Assembly: GCA_026770705.1 (NCBI GenBank)
Contig: JANJGN010000036.1
Span: forward strand, 2,418,001-2,482,000
DNA length: 64,000 bases
Direction: 5' to 3'
DNA from: Isurus oxyrinchus
Taxonomy: Eukaryota
Positions 12,776-27,200 of the stretch are shown here, one piece after another. The translations under genes were made by a program, and so were the position numbers. The notes beneath the pieces were generated by a model. It saw nothing but the letters and a program-made list of their open reading frames with translations. It searched no databases and was not told the origin of the DNA. Each line of letters begins with the position of its first letter. Position 1 is the stretch's first letter.

Positions 12776-14134
12776 TATATGAACCCCTCCCTATCTCCAT
12801 AATCACCTCCAGCCCCACCGTGACCTTCTCTGTGACTTTCTCCAGCAACTGTAAACCTCCATATCTCTGTCAGTTTTTTGCATCCTTACAACAATCTCTG
12901 CAACATTCTCCAGCCACCACAACACTCACCTATCTCTGTAATCTCCTCCAGCCCATGAAATTCTTATCGGTTTGCGTGGCCGAGTGCCCACTCCTGCTCC
13001 TATTTTGTATATTTGTGTGTTCGTATCCGCTGCAGGAAATCACCAAAGCTCCTTCATGAGCACCTTCCAAACCCATGACCACTGCCATCTAGAAGGGCAA
13101 GGGCAGCAGATGCATGGGAACATCATTGCAGAGAAAGAGAGAGAGAGAGAGAGAGCGAAATAGGCAAAGAGAGGCCAATAGCCATGGAGCACCGATTATT
13201 AAAAGGGGCATAGAGCACAAGAGCAAGGAGGTTATGTTGATTATTTATTAGGCACAAGTTAGGCATCAGCTCAAGTATTGTGCCCTGTTCTGGGTGCCAT
13301 ACTTTAGGAAGGGTATGAAGCCACAGGGCAGAGTGCAGGAACTTTTTACGAGAATGGTTCCATGGGTGAGGAACTTCAGTTATGGTGATGGATTGGGGAA
13401 GTTGGGACTGTTTCCCTTGCAGAAAAAAATGAATGAGGGCAGAATCTATAGAGGTACACAAGATCCTGTTGGGGTGTTTGTGACACACTGGTTAGTGCCA
13501 GTCGCTGCAAATTCGGGTCCCACTTCAGGACTTGATGGCCATGGAAGGTGTGTCCATAACGTGGCCAAACTGGTTTATTATGAGCCAGGAAATCCTTCCA
13601 ATGTGTCAGATGGCAGGTGGTAAGAGTGGGAGAGACTCCTGGTCAGCCAGAACCTGCAGAAGGCAATGGCAAAGCACTGCAGCACCTTGTCAAGCATAAC
13701 CATGGAGCAAGACATGGAAGGGAAAGGCTGTCTTAGGACAGGGTACCTGAAGAAAAAGAGATTTAAGATCATGAGGATTCTGGACACTCGGAGATGGTGA
13801 GAAACTATTTGTATGTTTTGAGTATAACAACATTTATAGCATCTGATCAGTCAATATAGGCTGCAAAATATATTCTATGAATCCGGGCTTGTAATATCCA
13901 GACAAGCAGACACACACAAACTCAGGTATACAAATACAGACAGACAGACACAGACACACATGAGAGAATAATTCCAATATGTCACATATCTGTTATCCTT
14001 CCTTAGGTCTGGAGATGAAAACTCTCCTCAGTAATCCAGGTGTTCTCACAGCAAAACACTTGCAGCAAGATTTCCTTACTCTTAAACTCCAACCCCTTTG
14101 CAATGAAGGCCAATCATTTCCCTTTCTCTTGGTT

Positions 14135-14340
14135 ACCCCTCGATTAGATTCCAGTCTGTAACTCACTTCCGGGTACCTGTTATTCTATATATTAACCATC
14201 CCGAACCCCTTGATTAGATTCCAGTCTGTAACTCACTCCCGGGTACCTGTTATTCTATATATTAACCATTCCGAACCCCTTGATTAGATTCCAGTCTGTA
14301 ACTCACTCCTGGGTATCTGTTATTCTATATGTAAACCACC
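14135..14340 (+). repeat. 60-bp tandem repeat, ~3.3 units (duplicated at ~19685-19890)
   Basis: Unit cccct(c/t)gattagattccagtctgtaactcactcccgggtacctgttattctatatattaaccatcccgaa. Confidence 0.9.
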
Positions 14341-14379
14341 TGGATGAGATTCCAGCACTTCCACATCACAAGTTGAGGA

Positions 14380-14650
14380 AGGGATCTCCCTCCATTTTAA
14401 AGATGGAGAAGGGATCTCGCTCTAATTTTAAGGTTGAGAAAGGATCTCCTTGCATTTTAAAGATGGGGATGGGATCTCCCACAATTTTCAAAATGGAGGT
14501 GGGACCTCTCTTCAATTGTAAAGATGGAGAAGGGACCTCCATCCATTTTAAAGATGGAGATGGGATTTCCATCCATTTTAAAGATGTAAGACCGATCTCG
14601 CTCCATTTTAATGATGGAGAAGGGATCTCCCTGCAGTTTAAAGATGGGAA
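14380..14650 (+). repeat. 30-bp self-complementary minisatellite (also ~17815-17985, ~19930-20200, ~23360-23530)
   Basis: Unit gggatctccctccattttaaagatggagaa; CTCCAT and ATGGAG are reverse complements. Confidence 0.9.
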
Positions 14651-15269
14651 TGGATATGTCACAGGATGTGCTTTTTTATACCCAGTAATGATTACAAATT
14701 TTTGAACATTTCCACTTTTCCCCTGCTCTGCCTCTTTCCTTAACCCTGTCTCGTTCCTTCTCTTGCTTTCCTGCCCCATCTTCCAGTCACTCTCACCACA
14801 TTTCTCTGTTTCCCTGTCTAACCCCATCTCTTTATCCCACACTCGCTCCCCTCTTTTCAGCTCTCTTACTCTCTCACCCCATCCCTGTTTTTTGGCGTGA
14901 TCCCCACTCTCTATCTCACATTCACGTCCCATCTCTCTTTCTCTCTCACCCTGTCTTTCTGCCACTCTGTCCCTCTATCTCTTGTTCTGTCTATCATTCT
15001 CTGTCACTCACTTCCTCTGTTGCTCTACTCCTCTCTCTGTCGCCCCCATCTCGCTCCCTCTCCTCTGTCTCTCTTTCGCTCTCTTTCCATCTCTGTCTCT
15101 CTCTCGTCCCGTCCCTCTCTCCCCCCCTCTCTCTCTCTCTCTCTCTCTCGCCCTGTTTCTCCCTTTCTCTGTCTTGCCCTGTCTCTCTCTCTCTCTCTCC
15201 CTATCTCTCCCAGTCTCCTTTGAGCCAAAATTGGATGTGAAGCTGATTGGAAAATATTTTCAGGGTCAC

Positions 15270-15870
15270 GGTGAAAAGGCAGATGAGTGAGACCACTGAA
15301 ACGTGGATACAAAATTGGCTGAGGGATAGCTTGGGTATTTATCAGGCTGGAAGTAGGATTGCACTGGAGTTCCCCAGGGGTTGATATTGGGAGCTTTGAT
15401 TTTCCTGCTTTAGATCATGGTGTGCAGGGGACCAATTCAGAGTTTGTGGATGGCACAAAACTTGGGAGAATTGTAAACACTGAGGGGGACAGTGTAGAGC
15501 TTCAAAATAATATTGACAAGTTGGTGGAGTGAGCAGATAGTTGGCCAATGATGTTCAATGTGGAGAAGTGTGAGGTGATGCATTATGGTAGGAGGAACAT
15601 GGACAGACAAAATAAAATTAGGGGTGAAATTTTGAAGGCGGTGCAGGAGCAGAAAGACCTTGGTGTATATGTGCAAAGATCAGTGAAGGCAGCAAGACAG
15701 GTTGAGACAGTGGTTTATAAAGCAGATCATATTTGGGGCTTTATTAATAGGGGCATTGAGTACAAGAGCAGGGAGGTTCTGCTGAATTTGTATAAGACAC
15801 TAATTAGACCTCAGCTGGAGTATTGAGTACGGTCCTCGGAGCCAGACTACAGGAAGGATGTGATTCCTGG
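15270..15870 (+). mobile_element. CR1 ORF2 fragment (duplicated at ~20820-21420)
   Basis: FNVEKCEVMHYGRRN...GFINRGIEYKSREVLLNLYKTLIRPQLEY. Confidence 0.85.
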
Positions 15871-18729
15871 GGCAGTGTGATTACGTGGGATGGAATTGAA
15901 TTTTACACCTCTTCTGTGTTTGATATTGGAGTCATCTTCATTTGGGGTCTGTTGTGTTTTGTAGACATTTTCAGATATTTTTAAAATAACTCCCTTTTTC
16001 ATAGGCTGCATCAGGTTCAGTGTGAACTGGAGCTTTGCATCCATTTTAAAAATTGTTTGGAAATATTTTTAAACTTTGGCCCCTAGTTCCAATCTCTCCC
16101 ACAAGGAGAAACATCCTCTCCACATCCACCCTGTCAAGTCCCCTCAGGGTCTCATTCTTTCACTAAGATCACCTCTCCAAATTCTAAACACCAGTCAATC
16201 CAGGACCAGCCTGTCCAACCATTCCTCATAAGAAAATAAGAATCATTTCCTCATAAGATCAGAGATGATGAGAAATGCCTCACACAATTGGCCTTGTCCT
16301 TAGCTTCATTGTTTTCTGAGCAACAATCATTTTCTATTCTGACTGCACTAAACCAGGTCTCTGTTTCTATTACACGAGACCCTGCCTCAGTTATCACTGC
16401 ACGAGACATTCTCTAAGTCGATATAACATGCGGCCATGTTTCTGCAAATGTTACATTTCACCCGGTCTCTGCTTGGACTGCACATTTCCCTGCATATCAC
16501 ACAATAGGCCCTGTCTATACTTGGTATCTAACCCCATGCTGCCGCTTCCCTGGACCTGGTTGACAGGACAGAGCAGAGGGAATTTTTGTCTCTATTGAAC
16601 CCCATACTCTATTTGGGTTGGTTGTGTTTGTTGAACAGTGTGGATGAAGCTTTACACTGGAATTTAGGTGAGGGGATGATTTGATGAAATATTTCAGGTT
16701 AAAAATGGAAATAGAGGTGGTTGATAAAGAGTAACTATTTCTGCCGGTTTGGGGAGTCAAAACCTTGGGTCCATGGTTTTTAGACGATGTTTAGAAGTTT
16801 AGAATTTCAGGAGAGAAACTAAGAAACACTTTAAAACATCAAGAGTAGTATTAGTTTGGAACTCTCTCACGTGAATAGAAATTGACGGTCAGCCACCAGT
16901 CCATGTTTAAAACTGAGGTTGATAGATTTCTGAAACCTAAAGGGTACAGAGATATGAGACAAAGCGGTTCGATCACAGATCAGGCAGGATCTCATTGAAT
17001 GCCAAAACAGGGTTGAAGGATTAATTGGCCTCTCTCCCTTTCCATGTGCTATGAATAATATCCGTTATTCACTCTCTGGCTGTCAGTCACCCACTCAGTC
17101 TGACGGTCTCTATTTCTCATTCACTGGATCTGTGTCTTCTCTCCCTCCCTCTCTTACCCTGAGAATCTAGTCTACAAACACCAGTCAGCCAGTTTAGGTT
17201 AGTTCACAGTGACCATTTTATGTTCCCACAGCACTGGAACTAGGCCAGAGTGACCCCTCACTCATCTAACTACTTTAAACGTGACAGAGTCACAAGTATG
17301 GAGACATAAATTCCACAAGTATTCCTTGGAATATACTTGGGCGTTCAGTCCCACACTTTGCTGTTGTGAATTTGAATCCTGAATTATCTAAAATTGAATC
17401 TGGAATTAAAGCCCCCAGGATGGAATGATTCACATTCTGTCTGCTGCTGCAAAGCCTGTGTGTGTCTCAGTTTCTCGGTATATATTAATAGTTTAAGATA
17501 ACTGGATAGAATGCCATAAATCAACTCAGTCATAAGTGTCCCAATACTCTGACCAATATCATTCTTTCATTGTCTGCCTCTTCATCCCCTCTCACTCTGT
17601 GTCTCCCTCTTTAACATTCCCTCGTTCTGCATCTTCTATGCTTCTCTCTCTCTCTCTCTCTCTCAGATTCTGTAAGATAAATCCCCAAACACCAGTCAGC
17701 TATTTCAGGTCTGTTCACATTGGCCATTTTATGTTCCCACAGCACTGGGACATTTATGACAGAGTTGATTTCTCACGAATGTGCAATTAGCACTCTCAAT
17801 GTGACAGAGACACAGGGATCTCCCTCCATTTTGAAGATGGGGAAGTGATCTCCCTCCATTTAAAAGATGGGGAAGGGATCTCCCTCCATTTAAAAGATGG
17901 GGAAGGGATCTCCCTCCGTTTTAAAGATGGAAAATGGATCTCCCACTGTTTTAAAGATGGAGAAGGTATCTGCCTCCATTTGAAATATTGAGGGTCGTTT
18001 TCGCTCCATTTCATCAGTTTTCTCTCTCCCTGCCACTTTTGCCTTTCCCGGACTGTCTCTCTGATTCTCTCTCGCTCTCCATGTCTATTTCAGACACTCA
18101 CTCCTCTCTCTCTGTCTCTCTCCCTCACCACATTCATTTTTCTTTCACTCAATTGCCTCTCTCTATCTTTTTCTTTTGCCTTCTCTCTCTTTCTCTCACA
18201 TCCCATTTCCCTGTCACTATGTCCCACTCTCTCTCTTGCCCCATTTCTCTGCCTCTCATCCTCTCTCTGTCACTGCCTCTCACTCTATCTCTCTGTCACT
18301 CTCTGACCCTCTGTCTATTCTGCCCCTTAAACACCAATTCTCTCTCTCTCACACACACACACACAAACACCCTCACATACACACATGCACACAGACTCAC
18401 AAAGATATTTTCTTCCTCTCGCACACATACACACACATTCTCTCTTTCACACACCCACACAGGTATGTTCTCTCTCATGCATAGGCACACACACACACAG
18501 AGACAGGTATATTCTCTCTCACACACACAAACACACCAACACAGGTATTTTCTCTCTCATGCATAGAAACAGGCACACACACAAGTTTATATTCTCGCCC
18601 TGACATAGACGTTTTCTCTCTCTCCCAAGCACACATGCACTCACAAACTCGCACAGATATATTCTCAAAAACAAGCAGACAGACACTCATTCACATACCC
18701 TCACACAGACATTCTCTCTCAACACACAC

Positions 18730-21700
18730 ATTATTAAAAGGGGCATAGAGTTCAAAAGCAAGGAGGTTATGTTGATTATTTATTAGGCATGAGTTAGGCA
18801 TCAGCTCAAGTATTGTGCCCTGTTCTGGGTGCAATACTTTAGGAAGGGTATGAAGCCACAGGGCAGAGTGCAGGAAATTTTTACGAGAATGGTTCCATGG
18901 GTGAGGAACTTCAGTTATGGTGATGGATTGGGGAAGTTGGGACTGTTTCCCTTGCAGAAAAAAATGAATGAGGGCAGAATCTATAGAGGTACACAAGATC
19001 CTGTTGGGGTGTTTGTGACACACTGGTTAGTGCCCCTACCTCTGAGCCAGTCGCTGCAAATTCGGGTCCCACTTCAGGACTTGATGGCCATGGAAGGTGT
19101 GTCCATAACGTGGCCAAACTGGTTTATTATGAGCCAGGAAATCCTTCCAATGTGTCAGATGGCAGGTGGTAAGAGTGGGAGAGACTCCTGGTCAGCGAGA
19201 ACCTGCAGAAGGCAATGGCAAAGCACTGCAGCACCTTGTCAAGCATAACCATGGAGCAAGACATGGAAGGGAAAGGCTGTCTTAGGACAGGGTACCTGAA
19301 GAAGGAGAGATTTACGATCATGAGGATTCTGGACACTCGGAGATGGTGAGAAACTATTTGTATGTTTTGAGTATAACAACATTTATAGCATCTGATCAGT
19401 CAATATAGGCTGCAAAATATATTCTATGAATCCGGGCTTGTAATATCCAGACAAGCAGACACACACAAACTCAGGTATACAAATACAGACAGACAGACAC
19501 AGACACACATGAGAGAATAATTCCCATATGTCACATATCTGTTATCCTTCCTTAGATCTGGAGATGAAAACTCTCCTCAGTAATCCAGGTGTTCTCACAG
19601 CAAAACACTTGCAGCAAGATTTCCTTACTCTTAAACTCCAACCCCTTTGCAATGAAGGCCAATCATTTCCCTTTCTCTTTGTTACCCCTCGATTAGATTC
19701 CAGTCTGTAACTCACTCCCGGGTACCTGTTATTCTATGTATTAACCATCCCGAACCCCTTGATTAGATTCCAGTCTGTAACTCACTCCCGGGTACCTGTT
19801 ATTCTATATATTAACCATCCCGAACCCCTTGATTAGATTCCAGTCTGTAACTCACTCCTGGGTATCTGTTATTCTATATGTAAACCACCTGGGTGAGATT
19901 CCAGCACTTCCACATCACAAGTTGAAGAAGGGATCTCCCTCCATTTTAAAGATGGAGAAGGGATCTCGCTCTAATTTTAAGGTTGAGAAAGGATCTCCTT
20001 GTATTTTAAAGATGGGGATGGGATCTCCCACAATTTTCAAAATGGAGGTGGGACCTCTCTTCAATTTTAAAGATGGAGAAGGGACCTCCATCCATTTTAA
20101 AGATGGAGATGGGATTTCCCTCCATTTTAAAGATGTAAGACCGATCTCGCTCCATTTTAATGATGGAGAAGTGATCTCCCTGCAGTTTAAAGATGGGAAT
20201 GGATATGTCACAGGATGTGCTTTTTTATACCCAGTAATGTTTACAAATTTTTGAACATTTCCACTTTTCCCCTGCTCTGCCTCTTTCCTTAACCCTGTCT
20301 CGTTCCTTCTCTTGCTTTCCCACCCCATCTTCCAGTCACTCTCACCACATTTCTCTGTTTCCCTGTCTAAACCCATCACTTTATCCCACACTCATTCCCC
20401 TCTTTTCAGATCTCTTACTCTCTCACCCCATCCCTGTTTTTTGGCGTGATCCCCACTCTCTATCTCACATTCACGTCCCATCTCTCTTTCTCTCTCACTC
20501 TGTCTTTCTGCCACTCTGTCCCTCTATCTCTTGTTCTGTCTATCATTCTCTGTCACTCCCTTCCTCTGTTGCTCTACTCCTCTCTCTGTCGCCCCCATCT
20601 CGCTCCCTCTCCCCTGTCTCTCTTTCGCTCTCTTTCTATCTCTGTCTCTCTCTCGTCCCGTCCCTCTCTCCCCCCCGCCTCCCTCTCTCTCTCGCCCTGT
20701 TTCTCCCTTTCTCTGTCTCGCCCTGTCTCTCTCTCTCTCTCTCTCTCTCTACCTCTCTCCCAGTCTCCTTTGAGCCAAAATTGGATGTGAAGCTGAACGG
20801 AAAATATTTTCAGTGTCACGGCGAAAAGGCAGATGAGTGAGACCAGTGAAACGTGGATACAAAATTGGTTGAGGGATAGCTTGGGTATTTATCAGGCTGG
20901 AAGTAGGATTGCAGTGGAGTTCCACAGGGGTTGATATTGGGAGCTTTGATTTTCCTGATTTAGATCTTGGTGTGCAGGGGACCAATTCAGAGTTTGTGGA
21001 TGGCACAAAGCTTGGGAGAATTGTAAACACTGAGGGGGACAGTGTAGAGCTTCAAAATAATATTGACAAGTTGGTGGAGTGAGCAGATAGTTGGCCAATG
21101 ATGTTCAATGTGGAGAAGTGTGAGGTGATGCATTATGGTAGGAGGAACACGGACAGACAAAATAAAATTAGGGGTGAAATTTTGAAGGCGGTGCAGGAGC
21201 AGAAAGACCTTGGTGTATATGTGCAAAGATCAGTGAAGGCAGCAAGACAGGTTGAGACAGTGGTTTATAAAGCATATCATATTTGGGGCTTTATTAATAG
21301 GGGCATTGAGTACAAGAGCAGGGAGGTTCTGCTGAATTTGTATAAGACACTAATTAGACCTCAGCTGGAGTATTGAGTACGGTCCTCGGAGCCAGACTAC
21401 AGGAAGGATGTGATTCCTGGGGCAGTGTGATTACGTGGGATGGAATTGAATTTTACACCTCTTCTGTGTTTGATATTGGAGTCAACTTCATTTGGGGTCT
21501 GTTGTGTTTTGTAGACATTTTCAGATATTTTTAAAATAATTCCCTTTTTTCATAGGCTGCATCAGGTTCAGTGTGAACTGGAGCTTTGCATGCATTTTAA
21601 AAATTGTTTGGAAATATTTTTAAACTTTGGCCCCTAGTTCCAATCTCTCCCACAAGGAGAAACATCCTCTCCACATCCACCCTGTCAAGTCCCCTCAGGG

Positions 21701-24273
21701 TCTCATTCTTTCACTAAGATCACCTCTCCAAATTCTAAACACCAGTCAATCCAGGACCAGCCTGTCCAACCATTCCTCATAAGAAAATAAGAATCATTTC
21801 CTCATAAGATCAGAGATGATGAGAAATGCCTCACACAATTGGCCTTGTCCTTAGCTTCATTGTTTTCTGAGCAACAATCATTTTCTATTCTGACTGCACT
21901 AAACCAGGTCTCTGTTTCTATTACACGAGACCCTGCCTCAGTTATCACTGCACGAGACATTCTCTAAGTCGATATAACATGCGGCCATGTTTCTGCAAAT
22001 GTTACATTTCACCCGGTCTCTGCTTGGACTGCACATTTCCCTGCATATCACACAATAGGCCCTGTCTATACTTGGTATCTAACCCCATGCTGCCGCTTCC
22101 CTGGACCTGGTTGACAGGACAGAGCAGAGGGAATTTTTGTCTCTATTGAACCCCATACTCTATTTGGGTTGGTTGTGTTTGTTGAACAGTGTGGATGAAG
22201 CTTTACACTGGAATTTAGGTGAGGGGATGATTTGATGAAATATTTCAGGTTAAAAATGGAAATAGAGGTGGTTGATAAAGACTAACTATTTCTGCCGGTT
22301 TGGGGAGTCAAAGCCTTGGGTCCATGGTTTTTAGACGATGTTTAGAAGTTTAGAATTTCAGGAGAGAAACTAAGAAACACTTTAAAACATCAAGAGTAGT
22401 ATTAGTTTGGAACTCTCTCACGTGAATAGAAATTGACGGTCAGCCACCAGTCCATGTTTAAAACTGAGGTTGATAGATTTCTGAAACCTAAAGGGTACAG
22501 AGATATGAGACAAAGCGGTTCGATCACAGATCAGGCAGGATCCCATTGAATGCCAAAACAGGGTTGAAGGATTAATTGGCCTCTCTCCCTTTCCATGTGC
22601 TATGAATAATATCCGTTATTCACTCTCTGGCTCTCAGTCACCCACTCAGTCTGACGGTCTCTATTTCTCATTCACTGGATCTGTGTCTTCTCTCCCTCCC
22701 TCTCTTACCCTGAGAATCTAGTCTACAAACACCAGTCAGCCAGTTTAGGTTAGTTCACAGTGACCATTTTATGTTCCCACAGCACTGGAACTAGGCCAGA
22801 GTGACCCCTCACTCATCTAACTACTTTAAACGTGACAGAGTCACAAGTATGGAGACATAAATTCCACAAGTATTCCTTGGAATATACTTGGGCGTTCAGT
22901 CCCACACTTTGCTGTTGTGAATTTGAATCCTGAATTATCTAAAATTGAATCTGGAATTAAAGCCCCCAGGATGGAATGATTCACATTCTGTCTGCTGCTG
23001 CAAAGCCTGTGTGTGTCTCAGTTTCTCGGTATATATTAATAGTTTAAGATAACTGGATAGAATGCCATAAATCAACTCAGTCATAAGTGTCCCAATACTC
23101 TGACCAATATCATTCTTTCATTGTCTGCCTCTTCATCCCCTCTCACTCTGTGTCTCCCTCTTTAACATTCCCTCGTTCTGCATCTTCTATGCTTCTCTCT
23201 CTCTCTCTCAGATTCTGTAAGATAAATCCCCAAACACCAGTCAGCTATTTCAGGTCTGTTCACATTGGCCATTTTATGTTCCCACAGCACTGAGACATTT
23301 ATGACAGAGTTGATTTCTCACGAATGTGCAATTAGCACTCTCAATGTGACAGAGACACAGGGATCTCCCTCCATTTTGAAGATGGGGAAGGGATCTCCCT
23401 CCATTTAAAAGATAGGGAAGGGATCTCCCTCCATTTAAAAGATGGGGAAGGGATCTCCCTCCATTTTAAAGATGGAAAATGGATCTCCCACTGTTTTAAA
23501 GATGGAGAAGGTATCTGCCTCCATTTGAAATATTGAGGGTCGTTTTCGCTCCATTTCATCAGTTTTCTCTCCCTGCCACTTTTGCCTTTCCCGGACTGTC
23601 TCTCTGATTCTCTCTCGCTCTCCATGTCTATTTCAGACACTCACTCCTCTCTCTCTGTCTCTCTCCCTCACCACATTCATTTTTCTTTCACTCAATTGCC
23701 TCTCTCTATCTTTTTCTTTTGCCTTCTCTCTCTTTCTCTCACATCCCATTTCCCTGTCACTATGTCCCACTCTCTCTCTTGCCCCATTTCTCTGCCTCTC
23801 ATCCTCTCTCTGTCACTGCCTCTCACTCTATCTCTCTGTCACTCTCTGACCCTCTGTCTATTCTGCCCCTTAAACACCAATTCTCTCTCTCACACACACA
23901 CACACACAAACACCCTCACATACACACATGCACACAGACTCACAAAGATATTTTCTTCCTCTCGCACACATACACACACATTCTCTCTTTCACACACCCA
24001 CACAGGTATGTTCTCTCTCATGCATAGGCACACACACACACAGAGACAGGTATATTCTCTCTCACACACACAAACACACCAACACAGGTATTTTCTCTCT
24101 CATTCATAGAAACAGGCACACACACAAGTTTATATTCTCGCTCTGACATAGATGTTTTCTCTCTCTCCCAAGCACACATGCACTCACAAACTCGCACAGA
24201 TATATTCTCAAAAACAAGCAGACAGACACTCATTCACATACCCTCACACACACATTCTCTCTCAACACACACA
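18730..24273 (+). repeat. Tandem segmental duplication, copy 2 (~5.5 kb)
   Basis: Begins attattaaaaggggcatagag as copy 1 does; ends ctctctcaacacacaca as copy 1 does. Confidence 0.95.
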
Positions 24274-27200
24274 TCTAAGCTCGCACAGATATATTCTCTC
24301 ATACACACAGACACATAAACAAACATACCCTCACACATGCACAGTCACACTCACAAATATATTCAGAAATAGTGATCAGAAAAGGGTCATAGTTACAGTC
24401 CTAGAATAGTCCAGCACAGGAAGAGGCTATTCGGCTCATCCAGATGTGCTGGCTCTTTGGAAGAGGAATCCAGTTAGTCTCACTGCCACACTCCTTCCCC
24501 CATAATACTGCATGTTATTCTCATTCAATGATTTATCCGATTCTCCTTTTGAAGGATCCTATTGAATCATTAGCAACCTCCCCAGCAGACAATGCATTAT
24601 ATATTTGTGTTCTGAGTATTTTGGTGCCCGTGTACAGAAATCAGATAGAAAGTTAACATACAGGAACAGCTAGCCAGGAGGAAGGCAAATGTAGTGTTGG
24701 CCTTTTTGCAAAGGGATTGGAGTACAAGAGTAAGGAAGTCTTACTGCAAGTGTTTTGCTGAGACCACGCCTGGAATATTGAGGAGGGTTAACAGATAATT
24801 GACATATGTGAATTATTTTCTTATACACGTGTGTCTGTCTGCTTGGATATTTCAATGTTGGATTCATACAGCATAATTTGCAGTCAAGATTGTCTGATCT
24901 GATGCTGCAAGTTTTGTTATACTCAATAATCGATGTTCCCTGGTTATTGACCTCTCTTTGTCTCTCTCTCTCTCTCTCTCTCTGTGCATCTGTAAAAAGG
25001 AAAATTCACAAACATCAGTCAGCCATTTTAAGTTTCTTCATCATGTCTATTTTCTCCTCAAATCCAAGTCTCATCGGAGCAAGATTTACTCTTGTGCACC
25101 GAATATTTGACAATGTAAACCAAATGCAATTGATATAAAGTAAGATCACAGATTGCCAGTGATCTCATTCAGTGCCAGAATAGGATTGAGTGATTAAATG
25201 GAATCCTCCTCTTCCCTTGTGCTCTGACCAATATCCTTCTTTCACTCTCTGTCTCTCGGCCCCCCTCTCTTTTTTACACTTGCGCAGCCTGTGACTTCCC
25301 TAAGTCTCTCCCTTTCCCTCTGACACACTAATGACAGATTTGTCTCCTCACTAAGGTATCATTAGTACTTTAAAAATGACAGAGACAAAGCTATGCAGAC
25401 ATAAACGGTGATTGTATTCCCTGGCATATTGAATGATTAGGTGCAACTTGAGCAAAGTTTACAGGAAAATAATGGAAACTGATAGGTAGATAGAGAGAAA
25501 TGCTTTCTGGTTGTGGAGCTTAAGACGAGGATCATAATCTAAAAATTTAGCAATAGTCTGAAACCCTTTCAAGAGTGAATTGAAGAAACACTTCTTCACA
25601 CAATGGGATGTAGAAATTCAGTAAATTCTGTAAATGGCCACTCCCTATCTCCTGTCCCACCATCCTCCAATATCAGTTTTCCATTAATTCCTGCTCTCTG
25701 ATTTCTCAGACTAGAAAATTAGCTGGAACCTTTCTTTCCTGAAACCTGTGTTTGCTGTTTGTTTCCGCTCTGCCCCTTCTCTCTTTCTAGGCCTCTAAGT
25801 CCTTCTGTCTCTCCCTGTCATAAGAATGTAAGAATCTAGAAATGAGGGCAGGAGGAGCCCATCCGACCCTTCCCCCTCCCTCCGTCATTCCTTATTGAGC
25901 CTTTGGTTTGCTGCCTCTGGGTAGATTCATACAACACACACGGCAAAGTCTTTTATACGATGGGAAGCAGCCAACACTGTTTCACTCAGTGCACATGCTA
26001 CATTCATGATGCAATGTTATAATATCATTTCAGACAACTGTCATCACACAGGGGCTAAATTTCACTGGGTCAACATTCTCACCAAACACTAAAGCTTCCC
26101 ACAAAGCAGGGCTCACAAATCCAACACGATTTTCCTTGGTTGATTCTGCCTGGACTTTTCTGATTCTCTGATGGATTCCTGGTGAATATCCTCCACATGA
26201 GCATTCGCCCTAATCCCGTGTACCTGTCCTGCTCCCAAACACGGCATCCGACTACAATAAAGCAAGTGATAGTGGACCGTCTGATTGACTAAGACAGGTG
26301 AGTATCCATCCTGACCCAGGTGTGTACGTGACAAGGATTAATTCCAGAGACAATAGAAACTGGGCTTCACTCTGCACATAAACCGTGCTGTATCTTCACT
26401 CAGAATTGGATGGGATGGTGCAGATGTGGAGAAGTTAATCCTTCAAAATCATATCAAAGTGTGTTTGAAATGTGCTGAGGGTTTTTGCCTATCCCATCCA
26501 TTCAGAGAGTGAGTCGCTGATCCCCATCAGCTGATGGGTGAAAATATTACTCCTCTGTTCCAATTAAACCATTCAATCAATGCTCCCTAGTTATTGACCT
26601 CCCCGCTCAGGAAGGAAGGATCCTCCCTATCCACACTCTGTAGGCCCCTCATCATTTTATATCATCAATTCTTTGGTAGTCGGGTTTCAGCAGGACTGGA
26701 GTTGGGAGAGAATCCTGACCTGAGCATCACAACCTGTCCTAACCTTATACACCTTCGAGCAAACCGCCCCTCAATGGGATCAAACCCAGTTTCTCCAAAC
26801 TCAGCATGGAGCTAAAATCCCTCATTTCTGCTGATTTATCCACTCTCAAATATTCTAAGGATCTTGATACTTCCCCTCTCAGTCTTTGTTTTCCACACAG
26901 TATTCCTCACTCCTGCTCCTTATCCAAAATGTCTGCATCGCTCCACTGCCCTTTGCAAACACAGACACAGGGGAATTGGATTTTAGAGCTTTAAACTTTT
27001 ATGAGCGAAATTTTGAAACATTTCTAAACACAAAAGATGGTAGAAATTTGGAAGTGACTTCCCCAAATGCTGCTTCCTGATCAGTCCCAAGTTGTTAAGG
27101 GAACAATGGACAAAGTTGTCCAAGTGTTAAGGGGAACTGATGGGATATTATTTCGGAAGTGTCTTCCCCAGGCAGCAATTGATGCTGAGTCACTGGCTGA

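Larger units (their letters stand above)
13195..18729 (+). repeat. Tandem segmental duplication, copy 1 (~5.5 kb)
   Basis: Near base-for-base match to 18730-24273; duplicated ORFs in the track (for example 15548/21098, 14280/19829). Confidence 0.95.

Noticed and set aside
14135-14340. 60-bp repeats as a CRISPR-like array
   Set aside because: Eukaryotic DNA; contiguous tandem units with no unique spacers.
14280-15312. Long ORFs (141-199 aa) here and in the duplicate
   Set aside because: They are translations of the 30-bp minisatellite and CT/GA microsatellites.
17205-17245. CACAGTG heptamer (and its duplicate near 22756) as an orphan RSS
   Set aside because: No nonamer at 12 or 23 bp and no adjacent V/D/J coding sequence.
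17988-18690. 192-aa S/L/H/T-rich ORF and overlapping ORFs (also 23582-24409)
   Set aside because: Low-complexity CT/CA repeats with no coding signature.
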